Shown here piece by piece: positions 59,182 through 64,000 of a stretch of DNA of 64,000 bases (position 1 is the first letter of the stretch; each line of letters opens with the position of its first letter). The notes beneath the pieces were generated by a model. That model did no database searches. It worked only from the letters and a program-made list of their open reading frames with translations, and was not told the origin of the DNA. The position numbers and the translations under genes were made by a program. Source of the stretch: Bacteroidales bacterium UBA3709 (GTDB lineage: Bacteria; Bacteroidota; Bacteroidia; Bacteroidales; UBA932); assembly GCA_002372015.1 (NCBI GenBank), contig DFIA01000092.1:15880-79879 (forward strand). Reading direction: 5' to 3'.

Positions 59182-59532
59182 ATGTATAGTGCGTTTGTTG
59201 TAATTATTGTATTGGCAAGCATATTTCTTACCATAGCCGTTCTGCTTCAAAATTCTAAGGGCGGTGGGCTTGCTTCTAATTTTGCTGCTGGAAACCAAAC
59301 ATTTGGCGTTAGAGAGACTGCAAGTTTTTTGGAGAAGGCAACATGGGTATTGGCCGCAGTGGTAATAATAGTTAGCATAGCAGCATCTGCAACCATTTCC
59401 GGAAGCTCAGATACCAGAAAGTCTGATTTAACCAAAGAACTCCAGAAGAGTGCTCCTTCTAACAATGTGCCAACTTTTCCATTGAACACAACTCCGGAAA
59501 GCGCACCTCAGGATGCACCACCAGCAGAATAA
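59182..59532 (+). CDS. secG: Preprotein translocase subunit SecG
   Basis: 116 aa. Two TM segments flanking LLQNSKGGGLAS, the SecG hallmark. Confidence 0.8.
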   Translation: MYSAFVVIIVLASIFLTIAVLLQNSKGGGLASNFAAGNQTFGVRETASFLEKATWVLAAVVIIVSIAASATISGSSDTRKSDLTKELQKSAPSNNVPTFPLNTTPESAPQDAPPAE

Positions 59533-59577
59533 CGCCGAGCGTAACAAAAACGTAACAATTTTGTGTAAAGAATAAAG

Positions 59578-59622
59578 TCCTGATATTGAGTTGATAAAAG
59601 AATTTCAATATCAGGATTTCTT
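59578..59622 (+). terminator. Intrinsic terminator of secG
   Basis: Perfect 12-bp stem TCCTGATATTGA (59578-89) / TCAATATCAGGA (59605-16), followed by TTTCTT. Confidence 0.6.
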
Positions 59623-59634
59623 AAAAATTCACTA

Positions 59635-59707
59635 CTTTGTTATACAAAGAACATAGAGAAGTATATATATTTGCAGTGCAAAATACAAAGTCTTGCAAAA
59701 TACAAAG
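59635..59707 (+). promoter_or_regulatory. Candidate operator cluster: palindrome CTTTGT-TAT-ACAAAG plus two 14-bp direct repeats TGCAAAATACAAAG
   Basis: ATACAAAG occurs at 59642-49, 59683-90 and 59700-07. The direct repeats lie at 59677-90 and 59694-707 (17-bp period). They flank the -7 box at 59666-73, upstream of the pspC-padR-pspC operon. Confidence 0.35.
59666..59673 (+). promoter_or_regulatory. Candidate -7 promoter box (TATATTTG) for the pspC-padR-pspC operon
   Basis: Matches TAnnTTTG, about 130 nt upstream of ATG 59803. Confidence 0.35.
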
Positions 59708-59802
59708 CAAAACCAAGTAATATTAGAATTATTATAGTATGAGCAGTTGCAAGAAATGTAACAATAAAAATTGTACTGAAAGGAAACAAATAAATATAAA
59801 AG

Positions 59803-60411
59803 ATGAAAGAAGTTGTTAACATTGCAATTGGCAATAAAAGCTTCACACTTGAAGTAGATGCCTTTAAGACCTTAAAGGAATATTTGGCTGCCTTTAAGAC
59901 AAAGTCTTCTGTCGGAGTTCAGACAGAAGAAACTATGCAGGAGATAGAAGAAAGAATTGCAGAAATTTTATCTTCAAAGGTATCTTCTGTAAGAAATGTT
60001 GTGAATTTGACTATGGTAGAAGAAATTATTATTCAGCTGGGTATGCCAGACGGAACATCCTACTTTAACAGCGGGTCTGCTTCCGGCACGCAAAAGACTC
60101 AGACCAACTCCAAGACCTATTCTCAGGCTTATTATCAAGAAGCAGAAGGTGAGCGAAAGCGTTTTTACAGAGATTTAGACAGTAACGTAATAGGAGGTGT
60201 TTGCTCGGGTCTGGGTTATTATATGAATATAGATCCTGTATTATTGAGAGTTATTTTGGTGGTGTTGTTTTTGGCAGGCTGCTCCGGGTTGCTCATTTAT
60301 ATAATTCTTTGGATAGTGGCTCCTGCTGCAAAAACACCAGCCCAAAAATGCGAAATGAGAGGTTGGCCTAAGACCGCAGAAAATATAGAAAAATTTACAA
60401 GGAGGGCATAA
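59803..60411 (+). CDS. PspC domain-containing membrane protein (short paralog)
   Basis: 202 aa. PspC motif KRFYRDLDSNVIGGVCSGLGYYMNIDPVLLRVILVVLF plus a TM segment. Confidence 0.8.
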   Translation: MKEVVNIAIGNKSFTLEVDAFKTLKEYLAAFKTKSSVGVQTEETMQEIEERIAEILSSKVSSVRNVVNLTMVEEIIIQLGMPDGTSYFNSGSASGTQKTQTNSKTYSQAYYQEAEGERKRFYRDLDSNVIGGVCSGLGYYMNIDPVLLRVILVVLFLAGCSGLLIYIILWIVAPAAKTPAQKCEMRGWPKTAENIEKFTRRA

Positions 60412-60413
60412 AT

Positions 60414-60794
60414 ATGGAAATAAAGGATAATATGAATACAATAGAGCTTCAGGTTAATGCAGAAAACATTAAGGCGCAAATGAGAAAAGGCGTGCTCGAA
60501 TATTGCATACTATCTATTCTCAGAAAAGGAGATTCTTATGCATCTCCACTGATAGCCGAATTAAAGGCTGCAAAAATGATAGTAGTAGAAGGAACCTTAT
60601 ATCCTTTGCTAACTCGGCAGAAAAATCAAGGATTGCTTTCTTATCGCTGGGAAGAGAGTCCGAGCGGCCCGCCAAGAAAATACTACTCGCTAACAGAAAA
60701 AGGCAAACTTGCCTTGGAACTGATGGACGAGGCTTGGCAAGAAGTAATAAAAACAGTTGCCCTGATAAAGGACGGAATAAATATGTCTGAATAA
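60414..60794 (+). CDS. PadR family transcriptional regulator
   Basis: 126 aa. Winged-helix pattern GVLEYCILSIL..GDSYASPLI...VEGTLYPLLTRQKNQGLLSYRWEES...RKYYSLTEKG. Confidence 0.85.
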   Translation: MEIKDNMNTIELQVNAENIKAQMRKGVLEYCILSILRKGDSYASPLIAELKAAKMIVVEGTLYPLLTRQKNQGLLSYRWEESPSGPPRKYYSLTEKGKLALELMDEAWQEVIKTVALIKDGINMSE

Positions 60795-60810
60795 AACGGA
60801 GGATTGTATT

Positions 60811-62442
60811 ATGAGCATGGGAGAAACTATAAAAGTTAGTATAGGAGGTATATCGTTTGCCGTAACGAAAGATGCCTACGAAAGGCTTAGGGATTACCTG
60901 AATAATATAGAGAAACATTATAAAGGAAAACCAGACGGAATAGAAATCTTCAACGATATAGAGAGTCGTATAGCAGAGCTGCTATTAGAGAAGAATACGA
61001 TTGAAGATGTGGTAGATTTGCAGCGTGCGGAGGTGGTAATAGATATAATGGGAGTTCCTACTCAGTTCTCTGAAGAAGAAACAGAGAATTTAAACAGAGA
61101 CAGCGAAACAGGCCCTCAAGAGTCTTTCAAAGAAGAAGCACGGCCCCTGCATAAAAGGTTGTATCGCGACAGATCAGACAGATTAATTGGAGGTGTATGC
61201 AGCGGTCTTGCCCACTACTTTAAATTTGACGCAACTATTCTTCGTATTATATTAGTTGCAATTTTCATGTTGAGCTTCATCGGCCGCCGCAGTAATGTAT
61301 TTGATATAGAACCTTTGGTGTTTGGGCTGCACTTCATAAGACTTGTGTGGAGGGTAATGGTGTTTGGATATATTGTTCTGTGGGTTGTGGTACCGTCTGC
61401 CAAAACATATATGCAACGATGCCAGATGAAGGGAGTTCATCCCGGAGTACAGGGAGCAGAAGATTATGTAACCAAATCGCAAGGCAAAAGAGGGAGTGTT
61501 TTGGGGAGAATTTTCAAAGTATTTATCGGACTGGTTTTCTTATGTCTTGGTATGGGGCTTACAATAATATTTTCTTGGTGTATGATAGTACAACCTAATG
61601 TGTTTTTGGGTGCGTTTATAGACTGGCCGGAAATAGTATTTGCATCCCTATGCCTGTTTATTCCTTGCTTAGCCTTTCTCTATACCGGTATAGTTTTGAC
61701 CTTCAATATAAACTGGCCAAAATTCAGGATAGGGTTATTGTTGTTCATTCTATGGCTGTTATCTCTGTTAGGTTTGATAGTAACAGGCAGTAATAAAGTA
61801 TATAAGATAGCAGGACTTCATAAGACATACACAGAAGAGAAATCTTTTCCTAAATACTACGATACCATGTATGTAGAATATGAACCTCTGCCAGAATATG
61901 TAGAAGGAAACTCTGTGGAATGGGAGGCCTTAACAGATAAAATAGCAGGAATTGTTAATAGCAATAATAGCAGGGGTTTTAAGAAATGGCGTATTACATG
62001 GAATGGAAAGCAAATAGGAACAACAAAAGAAGAAGGAGAGCATACAGTAACATGCGACGATTCCTATAGTAGATCGGAATATTATGTTTCTAAAGGAAGA
62101 AAACAAAAAAGAGTTTACGCTTTTTATCCTACCTTGCGTGTATTCCATAAATCATCTGCAACCATAGAAATGGATACAACGGTATCTGAAGAGCCGGCTA
62201 TGAGAAGAGTAAAAGATACTACGGTGGTAGCAGATGTGCAAATAACAGAAACACAGTTACTATCAGACACCAAAAAGACGCAGGAAGGGCGAGGGCCAGA
62301 GATAGAAGTCAGGGATTCTCTGATAATAATGCGTCCTATGATAATTACAAAAAAGCAGAAATTCAGAGGCGAGTTACTTTCTGCCAAACTGAATTTACCA
62401 GACAGCAGTGTTGTTATTATAAAAAGTCCGAAGTACAAATAA
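60811..62442 (+). CDS. PspC domain-containing polytopic membrane protein (long paralog)
   Basis: 543 aa. KRLYRDRSDRLIGGVCSGLAHYFKFDATILRIILVAIF, several further TM segments, and a C-terminal region of about 200 aa of unknown function. Confidence 0.8.
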   Translation: MSMGETIKVSIGGISFAVTKDAYERLRDYLNNIEKHYKGKPDGIEIFNDIESRIAELLLEKNTIEDVVDLQRAEVVIDIMGVPTQFSEEETENLNRDSETGPQESFKEEARPLHKRLYRDRSDRLIGGVCSGLAHYFKFDATILRIILVAIFMLSFIGRRSNVFDIEPLVFGLHFIRLVWRVMVFGYIVLWVVVPSAKTYMQRCQMKGVHPGVQGAEDYVTKSQGKRGSVLGRIFKVFIGLVFLCLGMGLTIIFSWCMIVQPNVFLGAFIDWPEIVFASLCLFIPCLAFLYTGIVLTFNINWPKFRIGLLLFILWLLSLLGLIVTGSNKVYKIAGLHKTYTEEKSFPKYYDTMYVEYEPLPEYVEGNSVEWEALTDKIAGIVNSNNSRGFKKWRITWNGKQIGTTKEEGEHTVTCDDSYSRSEYYVSKGRKQKRVYAFYPTLRVFHKSSATIEMDTTVSEEPAMRRVKDTTVVADVQITETQLLSDTKKTQEGRGPEIEVRDSLIIMRPMIITKKQKFRGELLSAKLNLPDSSVVIIKSPKYK

Positions 62443-62452
62443 AAACGAAATA

Positions 62453-63028
62453 ATGAAAATAGGAGTTTTTTGTTCGGCAAACCAAAACATCCAACCTTCT
62501 TACATTAAAGCCACAGAAGAATTTGGAAGGTGGATGGGGATGCACAACCACACCCTTGTATGGGGTGGTTGTGCTCTCGGTTTAATGAATAGTATAGGAG
62601 TTGGCTTTTTAGAAGGAAGGGCCCTACTCGGAACTTCAAAACCGGTAACCATGGGTAAGCTGATAGGAGTGGTGCCTGATATTATTGAAGAAAGAGGCAA
62701 AACGTTTCAGCAGACAGATTGCATCATAGACTGTAAGAACTTATCTGAAAGGAAAGATATTATAGCTGCACAGAGCGATATTCTTGTGGCACTGCCAGGT
62801 GGAATAGGTACTATAGACGAAATTTTTACCGTAGCGGCAGCTTCTACCATAGGATATTCTACAAAAAAAATAATTTTGTACGACATAGAGGGTTTCTGGA
62901 TACCTTTGTTTGCGCTGATGGATCATTTGGAGCAGCAGGGTATGATGAGAGGCAACTATCGCAACAAATTTTTAAGAGCAGAAAATATAGAACAGATAAC
63001 AAAACTTATAGAAACTATAAAGGTATGA
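62453..63028 (+). CDS. LOG family (TIGR00730-type) nucleotide phosphoribohydrolase
   Basis: 191 aa. GGCALGLM and PGGIGTIDE (PGGxGTxxE). Confidence 0.85.
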   Translation: MKIGVFCSANQNIQPSYIKATEEFGRWMGMHNHTLVWGGCALGLMNSIGVGFLEGRALLGTSKPVTMGKLIGVVPDIIEERGKTFQQTDCIIDCKNLSERKDIIAAQSDILVALPGGIGTIDEIFTVAAASTIGYSTKKIILYDIEGFWIPLFALMDHLEQQGMMRGNYRNKFLRAENIEQITKLIETIKV

Positions 63029-63831
63029 GAGTAACGTTATTGCAGCGTAATGTAATATGGGCAGACCCACAGAAAAATGCGGCAGCCAATACAGCTCTAA
63101 TGGAATCTATTAAAGGTACAGACCTGTTCGTTTTGCCGGAAATGTTTTCTACCGGTTTTGCAACAGAACCAGATGGCATAGCAGAGCCGCTGAACGAGAA
63201 AGGAGAATGCTTTACCCTCAAGTGGATGAAGCAGATGTCGGAAAAATTACAATGTGCCATAGCCGGAAGTGTGGCTGTAAAAGACCAAGACGGCAGATTC
63301 TTTAACCGTATGTATTTTGTTTCGGAGAACGGATGTTTTTCATACGATAAGCACCACTTGTTCACTTACGGAGGAGAAAATCGTCATTACAACTGTGGCG
63401 CAGAAAGAGTGGTGGTGTATTGGAAAGGAGTAAAGATTCTTCTTCAGGTTTGTTACGATGTGCGCTTTCCTGTATTCAGTCGCAATATGTTAGTAACAAA
63501 CGAACAAGGTAATCAGGAGGCAGAGTATGACGCAATTATTTATGTTGCGAGTTGGCCTGCAAAACGCATTGTAACATGGCAGAAACTGCTGCCTGCAAGA
63601 GCAATAGAAAACCAGTGCTATGTGTTGGCTGTAAACAGAGTGGGAGAAGATCCTTCTTGCGGGTACGTGGGCGGAACTATGGTAATTGATGCAATGGGCA
63701 ATATAGTAGCCAGTTGTCCCGATTCTGAAGAAGCCCACGTTTCATTTGATTTAGATATGGCGGCATTGGAGAAATTCCGTTCAAAATTTCCGGTTCTCAG
63801 AGATGCCGATGTTCATTTACCTCCTTTCTGA
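63025..63831 (+). CDS. Nitrilase-superfamily amidohydrolase (omega-amidase YafV-like)
   Basis: 268 aa. Catalytic contexts LPEMF (Glu), a conserved Lys region, and VCYDVRFP (Cys). ATGA overlap with the LOG gene. Confidence 0.85.
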   Translation: MRVTLLQRNVIWADPQKNAAANTALMESIKGTDLFVLPEMFSTGFATEPDGIAEPLNEKGECFTLKWMKQMSEKLQCAIAGSVAVKDQDGRFFNRMYFVSENGCFSYDKHHLFTYGGENRHYNCGAERVVVYWKGVKILLQVCYDVRFPVFSRNMLVTNEQGNQEAEYDAIIYVASWPAKRIVTWQKLLPARAIENQCYVLAVNRVGEDPSCGYVGGTMVIDAMGNIVASCPDSEEAHVSFDLDMAALEKFRSKFPVLRDADVHLPPF

Positions 63832-63869
63832 AAAAATAACACTATCTTTACACAAAACATTAGCGCACA

Positions 63870-64000
63870 ATGAGAAAAATTTTTCTATCCTTTCTGCTTA
63901 TAAGCTTGGCGGTGTTTTATTCTTCCGGCTTTGCTCAAGAAACAGACTTTCCTTCTGGAAAGTTTGATGTTAATAGAGATAGTGTTTATATTCCGTTTGA
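63870..64000 (+). CDS. Secreted hypothetical protein, 5' fragment truncated by the window end
   Basis: ATG 63870 opens MRKIFLSFLLISLAVFYSSGFAQ (signal peptide). The frame stays open to the window end. Confidence 0.4.
   Translation, partial: MRKIFLSFLLISLAVFYSSGFAQETDFPSGKFDVNRDSVYIPF

Overview
The window is a gene-dense, AT-rich chromosomal segment that looks like core Bacteroidota (probably Bacteroidales) genome. The lineage call rests on three things: an S46 dipeptidyl-peptidase, the LptC / GldE-like / PpiD and sigma-54-activator / LptE-like / SecG syntenies, and recurrent TAnnTTTG -7 promoter boxes with no obvious Shine-Dalgarno sequences. About 58 CDS are supported, almost all housekeeping. 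They cover replication and repair (ruvB, mfd, mutS, rnhB), translation (hflX, ychF, lepA, aspS, rsmA, an EF-G paralog), folate metabolism (thyA, folA), fumarate reductase (frdAB), a split transketolase, and envelope/LPS functions (lptC, kdsB, glycosyltransferases). I could not recognise any rRNA, tRNA, CRISPR array, transposase or integrase. I see no clear multi-gene novel system. The items most worth a second look are: (1) an EF-G paralog whose GTPase motifs are visibly degenerate, start-stop coupled to an ABC ATPase; (2) a GC-rich array of 52-bp hairpin repeats next to a stand-alone AAA+/PD-(D/E)xK (DUF4143-type) gene lying between rsmA and aspS; (3) frdAB with no adjacent cytochrome b gene and an apparent Cys-containing insertion in FrdB; (4) a PspC-PadR-PspC operon preceded by a triple ATACAAAG motif; (5) many -7 boxes abutting start codons, implying leaderless mRNAs; (6) a small ORF split by one in-frame TGA. 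All family assignments come from motif recognition by eye, not from searches.
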